A stretch of 64,000 bases of DNA, taken from the NCBI GenBank assembly GCA_964106915.2, contig OZ066915.1, one strand, 5' to 3'. Within the stretch, counting starts at the first letter, position 1. Each line of letters starts with the position of its first letter. Shown here piece after piece: positions 48,501 to 62,743 of this stretch. This stretch comes from Podarcis gaigeae. Lineage: Eukaryota. The notes below the pieces were generated by a model that did no database searches, had not been told where the DNA came from, and was given only the letters and a program-made list of their open reading frames with translations. The translations under genes were made by a program, and so were the position numbers.

Positions 48501-51500
48501 AGGTTTGTTAGCCAGTTTAATATATTTCCACTTTAATTAAGCTATTTCTTTCCTATGAGTTTCCGAGCAGCAGATTCAAAAAGTATAAAATAAAATTTAG
48601 ACGCTACACACACTGATTTTTTTTAAAGGGGGGGCTGTCCCCCTATATCTGTTGGTGGCATTCGTAGATCTGTTTACTTTAAACATTTAAATTGCCCCAT
48701 AGGTTTTACAGGAAAAAAGGGGAAAGTGCTGAAATACTGCGCAGAACCACGTAAGCGTGATTTAGCCCTAAGGTCATCGTTTGCCAGAAGCAAGACCCCT
48801 GCAAAAGCTCTCCTTGCAACCGAAGGCCTTGGATGGTGGAAGCGACCTGTCTCAGGTACGGCTTAGTTTGCACCAGAGCTGTTTTTAGTGTTCAAGATAC
48901 TGGGAACAGATAAACTGTGGACAGCGGCAAGTGGGGGAAATTGGACAGTGGTGAGAAAAACAGGCTCTGTGTATCATAGAATCTTAGAGTGGGAAGGGAT
49001 CTCAAGGTTCATCTCGCCAAACTTCATACACTCTATTTAACGGTTAGTTTTGCATTGATTTGTGAAATCTAAATATTATTATTATTTATTAAATTTATAT
49101 AATTCTATTTTTATATATATCTATAGATACAGATATAAAAACCTATGCACATTTCATGCAGATTTATGTCCAATGGGCCTGTGGCCCAGGTCTTTTAAAT
49201 ATGTAGTGATGCCCTCTACTCCAAAGCATGTTTCCTCCAACAATGGGCAACTACAAAGTTCCCATGCAACAGTGAGTACAGCAGACAGGGGGGCTTTGTG
49301 CGGTTGGACTCCCATCAGTGCCAAGCCGGCACAGGAAGAGAGTTGCAGTCCAGCATCATCTGGAGGACCACATGGTCCTTATCCCTGGAGCCCTGATCTC
49401 TCTCTTGCTCTCTCCCAAATCTCAAAGCAAACATTCACCTACACAGTGACTTCCGACAAGCAGCAGCTGCCTGTCACATCTCAACTGAAATATCCCAATG
49501 CTTTGCCTCTCTCGCAATTGGAAGGCTCTTCCTAACATCTCACTTCTGTTGTTTAGTTGCAGTTTGAGTTCCTTTGCTCCTGTCTTCTCCACAGTAGCAC
49601 AAAAGAGCAACTGGTCCTTGATTTCTCATAACTGGGATGGAGTGAAAAAAGGGGCAAAAGTGAAACAGATGTAGGGCCAGGATGGAGAACTCTGGCTCTC
49701 ATTAGTCCCAGGCAGCTTGGCTGAGGGCCAGAAATGATGAATTTCTATATTCTTAACAGGGTTGGCAATTTCCCTATCAATAAAGCCAAAATTTCTGTGG
49801 CAGACACTTGGGATTAAACCACCACTGGACAGAGTTGGATGTATCTCTGAGTGAAATGCATAGGATCAGTCTACTCATGTCAGCTACTCTAAAACAATGT
49901 GAATTTACTTTGCAGGACGTAATCATGTTTCCACGGTATGCTGACTAATGAACAAATACATTCATACAGTAGTTTTTTACTACTATGGTTATATTTGTAA
50001 CTATGCAATTTTTTTCATGTTGTAAGCCAACTTGAGCATGGTTTTAGCTATGGAAAGGCGGCATACAAATAAAATGATGTATGTATGTAGCATCAGCTCA
50101 GAACAGCTCTCTGTGTGTACTGAAAGGACTAGCACCTTGAATCTGGGGGGGGGGGAGCAGATTCTTTGCAGAGTCTCTTATCTGTGATTAGATGCCCTCA
50201 TCATGTGATGAGAACTGGTGGCTGTGCTCAGTTTCTCTCACCCAAGCCAATTGTATTTACAGATGAGAAAATGCCCTTAAGGACCTGCTGTAGAGCAGGG
50301 GTAGCCAACGCATTAGTGACCACAGCTCCAGTTCTAGCTTTGGACCTGATGCCTGGGGCTGATGGGCACCACTAAACATCTGAAGGGCACATTGGCTACC
50401 CCTGTTTTACAGTCCGCACAGCAAATGCACATTAAGGGCAGCAGTTCCCACAGGTCTTAAGCATATGAAATTAATGCTCAACATTTGATTGAGTTCTGAT
50501 TGGCTGAATTCTAATAGAGATCACTATGGAATTACTGTTTTAAGGTTATGCATGGGGTTGTTTATTTTTATTGCTGTTTTAATTGTGTCTTTACAAATTA
50601 CAACCCATCCTAAGACCGGCTGTTGAAGGACAACTAAGAAATATGTAGCAGCAACAGCAACAAGGACAGCTTCTCTAAAACCATGATCAAGAATATATCT
50701 TTGCCGTATTTTCTGCTTCTCCTAAGTGTTGGGCTAGATAGCGGTGTTCTACTTCTGGCCTGACTGCATTGCAGTGGAGGTGAAATGATATTCTATATAT
50801 AGTTCGTAATATACCCAGGGACCACTTTTAAAGGTGCACTGCACAGATGGGCACTGTAATGCTCTCATATCTGAGATGCAAACAGAACAAGAAACATATG
50901 GTTAAAGGAGTGTGTGTCCATGTTGGTTATGTGTGTGTGTGAGAGGGGGGGGGAGGTGGTCTGGATAGTGCCCAAGTGCCTTTCTCTAAACAAAGTAGGA
51001 AATTTCAAGACCCACTTACTGCGCAATGAAATCAGGGGAGCCTTACATTAGGTATGGTAGGATGCTGCAGCTATATATTTTTTTGTATATGTGAGTGAAG
51101 CTAGACAGAAAAATCAGGATTCGTGTTGGTCCATATGTGAACCCCAGTAGGTAAAACTGAATCCAGGACAAGAATCACAGACTCATTACTGTAAATGAAA
51201 CAAATTAACTGGTTTGTTGATATACAATGCTCAGAACAAGAATAGCAGTAAATGTTTTAAGTCCAAATAACTGCACAAATACATAGTTCCTTGAACTACA
51301 CAAGCTGTTCCGTGTAATTGACAAGCCAAAGCAACTACTTATACGGTCATTTAAAGAATAATTTATCATCAAAGCCTAGTCTGCATCTCCCTGCCTAAAC
51401 CTCATCCAGTCCATCTAGTTTATGCGCCACAGCTCAGTGGTGTTTTACATGCAGAAGGCCCCAGGTGTCTCTGGGTAGCTCTGGGAATGTTCCCTGCCTG

Positions 51501-51881
51501 AAACCCTAGAGAACCCCTGCAGTATAAGGCAGCATCTTACGTTTACAAGCTGTTCTTGGCATTTTCATGTGGAATTCATAGCTATCGATCCATTCTAGTG
51601 CATCCCCAGTTTCCCATAGACTGGGAATAGTGAAAGAACGAAGCAGAGAGGGGGTGGGGTGGGGAAACAATTGTGGGGAAACAATAGGCAGCCTAGCAAG
51701 AACAGCAGCAGAATCCTATACATGTCTACTCTGATCTAAGTTCCACAGAGTTCAATAAGATTTCTCTACCCTTCTGACATGCACTGGCTTCAACTGCAAG
51801 CAAATGTTGACATTCCACGAAGCAACTACCAAGCTGCATGAGTCTCTGGCCATACCCTGACCCTTAAATATACTGTACAAC

Positions 51882-52523
51882 CATAGAATCATAGAGTTGG
51901 AAGAGACCACAAGGGCCATCGAGTCCAACCCCCTGCCAAGTAGGAAACACCATCAGAGCACTCCTGACATATGGTTGTCAAGCCTCTGCTTAAAGAAGGA
52001 GACTCCACCACACTCCTTGGCAGCCAATTCCACTGTCGAACAGCTCTTACTGTCAGGAAGTTCTTCCTAATGTTTAGGTGGAATCTTCTTTCTTGTAGTT
52101 TGGATCCATTGCTCCGTGTCCGCTTCTCTGAAGCAGCAGAAAACAACCTTTCTCCCTCCTCCACGTGACATCCTTTTATATATTTGAACATGGCTATCAT
52201 ATCACCCCTTAACCTCCTCTTCTCCAGGCTAAACATGCCCAGCTCCCTTAGCCGTTCCTCATAAGGCATCGTTTCCAGGCCTTTGACCATTTTGGTTGCC
52301 CTCCTCTGGACACGTTCCAGTTTGTCCTTCTTGAACTGTGCCCAGAACTGGACACAATACTCCAAGTGAGGTCTGACCAGAGCAGAATACAGTGGCACTA
52401 TTACTTCTCTTGATCTAGATGCTATACTCCTATTGATGCAGCCCAGAATTGCATTGGCTTTTTTAGCTGCCGCGTCACACTGTTGGCTCATGTCAAGTTT
52501 GTGGTCAACCAAGACTCCTAGAT
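51882..52523 (-). mobile_element. 5'-truncated CR1 LINE (ORF2 C-terminus plus 3' UTR)
   Basis: Translation [29 protein letters not shown]...[11 protein letters not shown]...[11 protein letters not shown] is typical of the CR1 ORF2 end; (ATTCTATG)-type 3' tail. Confidence 0.95.
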
Positions 52524-53392
52524 AACCAATAACCAATAATAAGACAGATGTGTGTAAGCCTCCTGCAGGTGGCAGCATATTACATGAAATAGGATGTGGG
52601 CAGCTATTGACAAAGCCTCCTATGAGTGTCTACCAAGAAAGTATTCCGTTTACACACTGCACACTTTCTGTGTTGTGAATGTGACCCATATCACAGTGTT
52701 CAAGTATGCCTGTATCACCCAGATCAGATAGGTACCAGAAAGCAGTGTATACAACTCTTTTGCTTTTCTTTTGACCACAAGCAAATCTGGTCTAACTAAA
52801 GAATCACAATCACTGCTGCTGCTTAAATTTGAATTTTGTTCAGAAACATCCTTCACATTTCTCCCTCATATTTTATTCTATTTTGTTAAAAAGAATATTT
52901 ATAACCCACCCTTCATCTCAATGCATCCCAGGGGTGATTTAGCTCCTTGATAGGTTATGCCTCACCCTTACGCCCTCCGCCTATGAGAGTTGTCTTCACA
53001 TTTCAGCTGTTCAATATCCACTCCCCAACTGTGTCAGTCTTGATGCCTTGCACAAAAGGGGCAATGCAATAAAAGGCTACAAAGTTGGAAGGTACCAGCT
53101 TATCAGATGTCCTGTGATCAACATACCAGGCTCAGGGAAGTGAGGCTATTGAGTGTTGAGTAAGCACAGCTAATTGGAACCAGTATGTTCAGAGGCATTG
53201 CCACTTGCCTTTGGTGACCAGATGCTGGGGACAAACAAGGATGTGACTATTCCCAGCATGACTTGCTCTGCTCATAAGCTTCTAGAGGCACCTGGTTGGT
53301 TGCAAGTCAGAACGCTAGGCTAGATGCACCTTGGCCTCATTCAGAAAAGCAATTCTTGCAGTTTTCATTTTAGTGCATAAATACACTAGAGA

Positions 53393-53750
53393 GGGACATG
53401 GGTGGCACTGTGGGTTAAACCACAGAGCCTAGGACTTGCCGATCAGAAGGTTGGTGGTTCGAATCCCTGTGACAGGGTGAGCTCCCGCTGCTCGGTCCCT
53501 GCTCCTGCCAACTTAGCAGTTCAAAAGCACGTCAAAGTGCATGTAGATAAATAGGTACCGCTCCAGCGGGAAGGTAAATGGCATTTCCGTGCGCTGCTCT
53601 GGTTCACCAGAAGCGGCTTAGTCATGTTGGCCACATGACCCGGAAGCTGTATGCCAGCTCCCTCGGCCAATAAAGCGAGATGAGCACCACAACCCCAGAG
53701 TCAGTCACAACTGGATCTAATGGTCAGGGGTCCCATTTACCTTTACCTTA
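53393..53750 (+). mobile_element. Sauria SINE
   Basis: GGGACATGGGTGGCACTGTGGGTTAAACC...GGTTCGAATCCC head, TTTACCTTTACCTT tail, TSD ACACTAGA; homologous to the copy at 32453. Confidence 0.9.
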
Positions 53751-56700
53751 CTCACACTAGAAACTCTTAAAGAGATATAGCTGTAGATTTAAAATCATGT
53801 GTTTATAAGCTTCCTCAAGTGCTTACTTGGACGCAGACAATTCTTGGCATATACTTGGAAGAAGCACAACTGTCGACTTATTTACTGTTGTGAGTGGAGC
53901 CACCTGATAACAGCTCCAAAGCCGTGGGTTACAGTACAGCATCCTTTGTTTAATTCACCCTCTGAATCCTTTTTGTGTTCCTTCACTCTTCTCAGGAAAG
54001 TGGGTAGTCAGCTTCGCTTACTAGAGATTTCTGCTCACCAATGATGTCTGACTATAACAAGTCAGAGGGCCGCAGCTGATGTGTGTGCACTGTTTAAACA
54101 TAATCTGCAATTGACTCCTCATAATTGCTGGCACACCTTAATTGCTGTTTCCAGTTTAGAGATAAGTACCAGCAGCTCTTGGGATATTTTGAAGACAACA
54201 GCTGGAAAGGGAATCTGTGACCATTTTCTCTGATCACATTGTTATAACAAGCCTTCATAACTACAATCACAGCTTGCCCCATTGGTTGTATAAACAATTC
54301 CAGGTATGTAAGGGAAGAAATGTCACTTTCTCTTTCAGTTGCTGGCACTCAAAAGGGCTATTAAGCTCTGGCATTGCTAAATCCAAATACTGAGTTATTA
54401 AACAAGGACCTTCAAATTACAAGAATTAAAGACCCTCTGGAATGATACTTTGATTTGCTTTTCGTTTTAACAGAATGATTCACCCACTGCATCCTTCACA
54501 AGGTCCTTAGCTAGCAGCATCAATTCTATCATAAGCATGGATCTGAAACTCTGCAACAGATTTTCCGTCTCTAAAATAGGGGATCATGTGGAATTCTCCA
54601 TGTCTTGTTGAAGCTGTTACTGATGTACAAGCCTAGTTCAGTTATTTTGTATCACTACAAAACGCAGGAATCCCTTCTAAACCTTCTACTGTATTTATAT
54701 TCTATAAAACCTCAGGCAGATCTTCATTTCAGGAGCAAAATTAAAACCTCACGAGTCCTACTGATCATATGATATATTCAAAAACACCTCACTTCCCAGG
54801 AGAAATTTATGCAGGGAAATGTGTAAGATTACACCTAAAGTGTGTAATCTTGCATGTGATAATTCTTTGAGGAAGGATACTCACTTAACCCCCTTTAAGC
54901 CTTCTGTTATGGGAAATTATTCCCAGGGCATGTTTAGCATTTGATTGGCACTGTTCATACACTGAACATACTGTTCATACCTTGGTCTCTTAAGGCTCAT
55001 CTGATTTCCTTTTGAGCTGTGCTTTCCAGACATGGGCACACACTTTAAAGCTCTGGGTCTGAGTGTTGTGGGGTTTTGTTTTGTTTTTGGTCCCAGTGCT
55101 TTCCTCAGGGAAACCCATGTTTTATTGCTGAATCTGAGCAAATCTGCAGAGAATCCAATTGCCATTTTCTCCAATTCAGCAGTAAAACATGGATTTCCCT
55201 GGGGAAAGTGCTTTGGCAAAAAAACAACACTTGGACACAAAGCTTTAAAGCACCAACCTGTGTCTAGAAACACAGCACAAAAGGCAGTCTGGACGAGCCC
55301 TTAGTGTGGAAGAGCTTTCCAGGTTATCATAAAAATACATGCAAGTGGAAGGCTGTGTCCTGTGTCCAAAGGCAAGGGCATGTACATAGATTTTTCTCTC
55401 TGTGCACCTCCCTCTAGGGTTTGCTTGCAGTTTTGCTCATGACAAAGCAAAAATTATTAAAAATCAATCATGGGCTCCCAAACAGAAAGGAAAACTGAAA
55501 AGAAAAACAAGGTGCAAAGTGCGCCATTGTCAAGAAGTGACAGTCACTGCAAGATTAATTTAAGGTGTTACAGTGGCTGCTGCCTCCTTATGCCAACCCA
55601 CAAAGCTCCATCATGGTAAGTTCCTTTCTCAGGTTAGTATCGAAGTCAATAAATAAGGTTTAAAATAACAAAGTTCCCATTCCAATGGTTGAAAAGGATC
55701 TTTGTTTGGGATTCCTAGCAGCAATCATAGCAGTTGAGAACAGGCTCTAGCAAGCAAGCTTGAAAAAAAGTAGATGCTTAGATTTTTCCCCCACTTCACC
55801 CTGATTTGGAAGACTAAAAACAACTGACTGCATGTGCATGACAGCAGGCTTTTCATACTACCCACTGCACCATCAGTATCTCTGAGAAATGCACAAAGGG
55901 TTCATAGATGTTAAACACTACAGGAATATTCTGAATAAATCACCTCTTCTTTGGATACATTATAAAATGTCTGCTCAAGAAGGCAATCTTCACAGCTTGC
56001 GCAAAGGAATAATACACCTAGAATGTTCAAAACAGAGGCCAGAGATCCTACCATGGTGTACAGGCTAAGGTGTTACTTTTTTGCATATAAGCCCTGATCA
56101 AACTGCCTTCTGGTTCTACAAGGAAGAGACCAGGATCTATTAGGCAGTGCATCAGATCAGGACCAGTTTCAGCCCTGTTTCTCAAAAGCACACCAAGGTT
56201 CTTTCTGAAGTATCTAGGGTTTTTTGTTTTGTTTTGCATGTCCACAGCAAGTGGCAAAATTCCACTCTTATTTTGACAGCTCTGATTAAGATAAGACTCT
56301 GCATGGTTGTAAACATAATCAAATTTGAAAAAGATAAAATGCAATGGAAGCATGCTTTTTCTGATCACGCAAGAAGGCTACTAGACATTTGCCCATTTCT
56401 CAGTTGTATGGTTTACCTTCTCTGTGAAACTTGGATCATGTTCTGTGTGCTGTTTTGTGACCAGTTGCATGGTGTGGCATGACAGAACTTATTTTGTCTT
56501 AGAATCTCAGAAAGCTGAGGTATAAATTATACTCCCTTCTCCCATAGCTTCAGCTTGAGGCGGGCAGCTTACTTGAGATGGAGGTTGCAACTGTCTGCAC
56601 TAGTAAGTGGGTTTGTTGCATCACCCTGTCACCCTAATTAAAAAGGAGCATGAAAAAAAGCAAAACAGAGCAAAATGAGAATGAGGGGGATAAATGTTAA

Positions 56701-59700
56701 AATGTCAAAGCAGTTAAAAAACTTAAGTTATGCATCTGGAAAAAAATATTCTAAATATCTGAAAAAGAAGTGATTTCCCATTTAAAACCAAAAGCCAGCT
56801 CCCTCCAAAAGCTCTAACTTAAACTAGCAAAAATAACCTCTTCAAGTCTTCCCCAGGAGCTGGAGGTGATGGAACAGGAGAGGCTATGGGCTTTCTTTCT
56901 AAAACCTACAAGACTAAAGGGAAAATGCTGCAACAACTGGAATATGTAAGGAAAACCCTCTAGGATTAGTGTGGACAGAAACAAAATTCAAATGCCACGC
57001 GTAACACTTTTACATCACTTTAATTCTCATCCACCATCCCTCTTGTTGTAGTCCAGGGTCTTGACATATCAATTGTCTCTGCCAAATTGCTTAGAACATT
57101 AAGGACCAATATAGTGTTCAAACAAAGCAGTATGATAATGCACAGATGAACATTTTAACCCTCCAACATGAATATAGGTGGTTTTCATCGTTGTAAAACT
57201 GGCAACAGAAATCCATCATGAATATTTGAACCGATTGAGAGCAAAGGAGACCTCACAATGTTTGGGACTTTACCCACAACTTTACACAATGCCGCTAATA
57301 ATTTAACTGTTAACATTAGAAGTTTCTCAGACAATTTTGAATCCGAGTTCATAAAAATCACAGCAATGGATGAGAGTAATTTTGCTCCAATGCTCAGGAT
57401 TCATAGTAAACCTATCCCAAGGTATTGCTTATGTTTAAAGCCATCTGGGAGGGCTTTTAAAAGACAGCATCTCAACAAGATGTGCATACCTAGGTAGCCG
57501 TGATGAGACAGAAAGGTAGTTAAGTTGTGTTGTGTGCACTTTTGCATACATAAATGGAGGAAACTTTACTTGCTGAACAGTTAAAAGCCTGTCCTGGACT
57601 TGCAGTTTTCTTGTCTGTAATTTAATATGGAATGATATACATTTTAAAATGTGCTTGAGTTGGAGGGAAAATATGTTGGGGAAAGGTGAATAACAACCCC
57701 CCCCAAAAAAAAAAAGATAAGTGAAGAAGACACTCTGCATGATACTTTTGAAAGCCTCGCCTGTGTTTTTGATAACTCAGGCTATTAAGGGAGAGTTTCA
57801 ACATTACAAGTTGGTTCCATTTTTATCAGTCTAGAAGATACTGTATGCTTGGGCTCTGGTCTTACAATCTCTAGTGTGAATTAGAATTGCCATTTCACCC
57901 ATAAGGCACTTAAACCGTGCCTGGGTGTGCCAGAATATCTGCTTGCATGGCTGATGAAATGTTGCTGTTTTAGCATCCTGTTGCCATGGCTATTGGGACC
58001 ATTTATAGTTTGGCGTCAGAATGTGGCTGTTGATAATTAGTTAACAAATGGGTTGTTTAGTCCACAGCAGGTTTTTGTTTTCTCATCTTTCAATACGAGT
58101 ATTTGAATGCACTCTCAAGATCCTATAATCCAGGTGTAGCCAATGGAATGCACTCAATAAGTTGCTTGACACCAACCTCCACCCGTTGCAGCTATTCCAG
58201 CAACACCTGAAGGGTATGTTGGCTGCCCATGTATTCTCTATTGTAATGCAGTAAACAAAAAAATACTCCTTGGTAGTAAAGCTTCTGACAGCAATTGGCT
58301 GAGCAGCTATGACACCATGGAGTATTAATTAGTCTTCTAACTGCTGAGTTAATGAAAGCTGACTTATTGAAAGCAAGCCTGATGCTCAGGCCAGGCAAGA
58401 GCTTGAGACGTGAAATTTCTGGAACAGAACATAGTATACAGTATCTGTCTTCAGTTTGACTGGGAAAAGGTCCTATGCAAGAGGCTGAGATAAGAAGAGC
58501 TGTTGTGAGCCAAGGACCTAAGTGGTTTGGCTGCTACAAAGCGTGCTAAAAGGATGATTCATACATCCTCTTTCTAAGCTTCTGGTGCCTCATGTTCACA
58601 GTGGCAGTGAGTAGTTGGAATTCTCACACCTCCACTGCTTTAGTCATTACACTGTAGAAGGAGCCTGTGTTGTAATGGTCAGAGCCACTCTCAGTAGGAA
58701 GCTGGGGGTCAGTGAGCCAAGACGAAGGTTTACTACAGGTTCAATCGTAGACTGAAGCAAAGAGCTGGTGGAGCTGATAAAGTGGGACTTGGGGAAAACC
58801 CCTCACATGGTGATTTGAGTTGTTAACAAGGTGGCCAGGAGAGGGGGTTTTGGAAGCTGACAAGAACTATGGCCAGAGGTGTAGAGTTTCTTAGACCTTC
58901 AATCCCTTTAAGTCCACTCTCAGGAATAAGTATTTCATCAGGTGCAGTTTTTCTCCTGTTACACCATCACACGTGATAAGGAAAAAGCTACCTTGATCTA
59001 AATCTTCCTTCAGCTGAACTGTTAAAAAGAAATAGGGTCTGGTCCTAGAAAATGTAAGGGAACAACTGGGCCCAAAGCGGGGGAGCAGGGCTAAAGGGAT
59101 TGGACCAGGCAGAGCCACTGCAGAGCAAAGGACTGGGTCATGTTCCAGGGGCTCCCTCAAAGGGAACTGCCAGATCAGTATGGTGGGCAGCATCAGGCTT
59201 GCTTCCCTTTTCTCCATCTCTATGATAGCTAGTAACACTGAGTGGGCTTTTGAGTAGCAGCCACCAGGCAGCCAAGCAGTGACTGTAGCTGGTACCTAGT
59301 CATCTCTCACCCCAATTGCCCAGTCAGAGTGGAACGACAGCCTTAGGCCTCCAGTAGTTGGCAAATGCAACATTCTTGCTTTTAATCAAACAGTTATCAG
59401 AGTAAATACAATTAACACTAGCTGCTTTTGTGAACTGTCTTGAAGGGAGTGTTTTGTTACTTAGCAGACCTTAAAGAGGTTGGTAATTTGTCATATAAGT
59501 ATGCTATTCATTCTTACTAATGACCAAGCGTTCTATTGCTTAGATCAGGAATGGGGAACTTAGGGCCCTCCAGGTGTTACTGGACTACAGCTTCATCAAC
59601 CCCAGCCAGCATGACTCAATGACCAGGGAGGCTGGGAGTCATTGGACCTCAACAACCGAAAGGTACAAAGAAAAGGTTATGCTAGACAGTTGCAGGAATC

Positions 59701-60766
59701 TTACAGGTCAAACACTAGCACCCTAGGAGAACACAGCACAAGGGGTAGGCAGTTTCACTGTTAGCTGGAGGCTGCCATATAATGGGACTGTCTCAAAAAG
59801 ATTTGAATTTTGCATACCTTCTCAGTAAAATGTTTTAAGAAACACTGCACTGGGCAGCCGGCAGAATCACCCTATATGTTAATAGATAGCACTATAGAAT
59901 TCTCTCTTAGGGACGCAACAGATAAAAAACTGTTCTAGATTTACCATTGTGCATCAAGAGTACAGCTGTGTAAAACACACAGGAAGGTATTACATGGAAG
60001 TTTCTATACTTTCTGGCCGATGTGCTTTAATTTTTGGCCACGAAGGAACACAGAATACCACCAGAAGCAAATCCCATCAGACCGAACTTAATCTTACAAA
60101 TTTACTCACAAACTGTAGCAAGAGTCTTAAAATGTTATATACTCTTGTTACATGGCCAGCTAGGCAGAACTGGAACCTAGGGCTCTATAGAGGAGGAGAG
60201 GTAGCACATTCTAGTTCCTACCATGACTTTGGAACCCCTTAGCATCATGCTATGTTATTGCTGATCAAATTACCTAGACTGCAGTAAAATGTACCTATGT
60301 GTAGATGGTTTCGCAAGAGGAAGCTCTGCTGCACCCATATTAAGAATGGCTCCAAAGGCAGTCAGAGGGCATTGCACATTCCAGCAGTGCAAGAAGAATC
60401 ACATCTCCTTCCATAGAGCTTGAAGACATGCATGACTAGAGAATTTATGAAGTCAAATCTCTGTAAGCAATTGAATACACAAGATTTGCTGAACAAGAAC
60501 AGAAGGCCACCACTAGTATCGGTTTTTAAAACAGACTGCAATGCCTATTTGCACCCTGATCTAGCTGGCTCCGAGAACTGTTGGCCAGTGAAATTGAAAT
60601 ACCTGGGCCTCACGGCATCACTCTCTTGACACCCAGACCCATAATAATGCTTCCCCCACCCAAATAGCATCAACTTTGTGGCACTGCCGATTCATGCATA
60701 TTTCCTTGCACATTTCTTTTCTCCCTTCTATTTAAGGAATGAGGATGTGGGAATGATAAAGAGAAT

Positions 60767-60925
60767 CTAATCATCCATGGTAATGTTGCGGAAGAGGTAA
60801 GCCATGGATTCCCCATTGTGGATTCGGCGGATGGCTTCAGAGAGGATCAAACTGATATCCACAGTCTTTATCTTGGGACACTGCAGTTTCTGCACTTCGT
60901 GAGGAACTGTATTGGTGACCACCAC
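60767..60925 (-). CDS. PRPSAP1: PRPSAP1 last coding exon: [52 protein letters not shown]
   Basis: GCTAG acceptor, 159 nt to TAG; near-identical to the recalled PRPSAP1 C-terminus. Confidence 0.95.
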   Translation of the reverse strand: MVVTNTVPHEVQKLQCPKIKTVDISLILSEAIRRIHNGESMAYLFRNITMDD

Positions 60926-61346
60926 CTAGCAGTGCACAGGGAAGTAAAAAGATTAAATTTAGAAATGTGGCTGAAACATAATTCACAGGATCTAACTTTT
61001 GAAAAATAAAATCAAACCAGAAGTTCCTTGATGGGTCACCAAACACACACAGTGTGCATTTGCATTTAAATTCCTTAATGGAAATAGAGGTTGCAGCCAA
61101 AGTTTTGAGATTGTGTAAGGTATTTGCATTTGATGCCCCGCAATAGTTGGAGGTGTCATTAATATAATTATTGCAAGAACCACAAAGAAAATTATAAAGC
61201 TGCAAGAGAACAGGGCAGCTGGTAGTAAGGAGAACAGGAGAGGCAGCTGAAAGCAACACCTGGCGCCTCTGCTCCTCAGAAACAGCTGCTGCTGCCTGAA
61301 CTGCTTGAGATAAACAGATGGGCCAGAGAAAGGAGGGTTGTGAGTG

Positions 61347-61373
61347 AGCAAGCAAGCAAGCAAGCAAGCAAGC
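61347..61373. repeat. (GCAA)n tetranucleotide microsatellite
   Basis: Read directly from the sequence. Confidence 0.9.
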
Positions 61374-61949
61374 TGAAACACTAGTTCTAGTATGAAGTGT
61401 CAAGTAATAAGCTCAGCAGCACCCACTCACTGAAAAAGCAACAATTCACCTGGACCAAAGGTGGCTGGGGCTTTCAATGCTTGTCTGCCTAAATTTTAAA
61501 CCTAGGATTTAAGACAAATCTAGCAGTACAGCTGCAGTTTTATTTAAATAGTGCTAAAATCCTAGAAAGACACTTAGACCTACAATTTCCCATAATATCT
61601 GGTCATGGGGAAAGCATATTGAATGGTGTTCAACTAAGTTTTACTCAGAGTAGACCCCCTGAAATGAGTGGCTAAATTAGGTCCATTCATTTCAGTAGGT
61701 GTAATCTGAGTACAACTCAGTGTTTTGCATAGATGGGCACTGTGTTAATGGCTCTCGACTGTAAACCTCTAGGCCAGAAGACAAAATGCACCACAAGTAT
61801 TGCCGCTGTAGCAATCTGCTGCATTTTCCTGCTTGGAAAAATGCAGCCACATCGATGCAGCTTCAAGTTTCCACAAGCAGTAAGACAAGGAGGAAGGAGG
61901 CACTACAGCACAGCATTCCTCTTGGTGGGAAAAATGTTATGGTCTGAAG

Positions 61950-62212
61950 CAGGGGTCAGCAACCTTTTTCAGCTGTGGGCCAGTCCACTGTCCCTTAGAC
62001 CATGTGGTGGGCCAGACTATATTTTTTTTTGGGGGGGGGGGGGAGAAATATGAACGAATTCCTATGCACCATAAATAACCCAGAGATGCATTTTAAATAA
62101 AAGCACACATTCTACTCTGTAAAAACATGCCAATTCCTGGACCGTCCGCAGGCCGGATTGAGAAGGTGATTGGGCCGCACCTGGCCCACGGGCCTTAGGT
62201 TTCCTACCCCTG
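61950..62212. mobile_element. hAT-type MITE, same family, in the PRPSAP1 last intron
   Basis: CAGGGG...CCCCTG termini; perfect 8-bp TSD GTCTGAAG. Confidence 0.9.
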
Positions 62213-62743
62213 GTCTGAAGTATGAGATTACTGAGACAGGCAGCCACCACAGCACAGCTCTGTGTTTCTGTAGTCAGAAAACATTTAAGTGTTGAGCTAT
62301 AGTAGTGGAAGAATGGGAATCCCTGTTTGTAAGGTTCTTGTTTAAACCAGCTATTCTTTTTCTTGGAGTAATGAACCAGTACCATTTGGTTTCAATCTCA
62401 GCAAAACTCTTTAACTCCAGTTAGTTTACCAGCTACTGAAAAATATATGCTGCAGCAGGGCAGGGGGCTAGTCCTCAAGATGTTGTACTACAATTCCTGT
62501 CATTCCTGAAAATGGATCATTCTGCTTGGGGCTGATGGGAATCCTCGTCCAGCAACAGCTAGATTCATGCAGAAGCCAACTGATGCTGTGTGTTTATATA
62601 TTCAGAATGTGCAACAGTCTTGTACTCCATATACAAATCTGTCAACTTATTGATCAATCTAAATCCATCATTTGCTATTTAAAACAACACCAATACACAA
62701 ATAAGAGGGAATCTTGCCCCTAGAGCAATATACCAAGACTTGC

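Noticed and set aside
58671-58963. Possible old solo LTR (TGTAA...TTACA)
   Set aside because: No TSD and no clear poly(A) signal. The same applies to 15017-15268.
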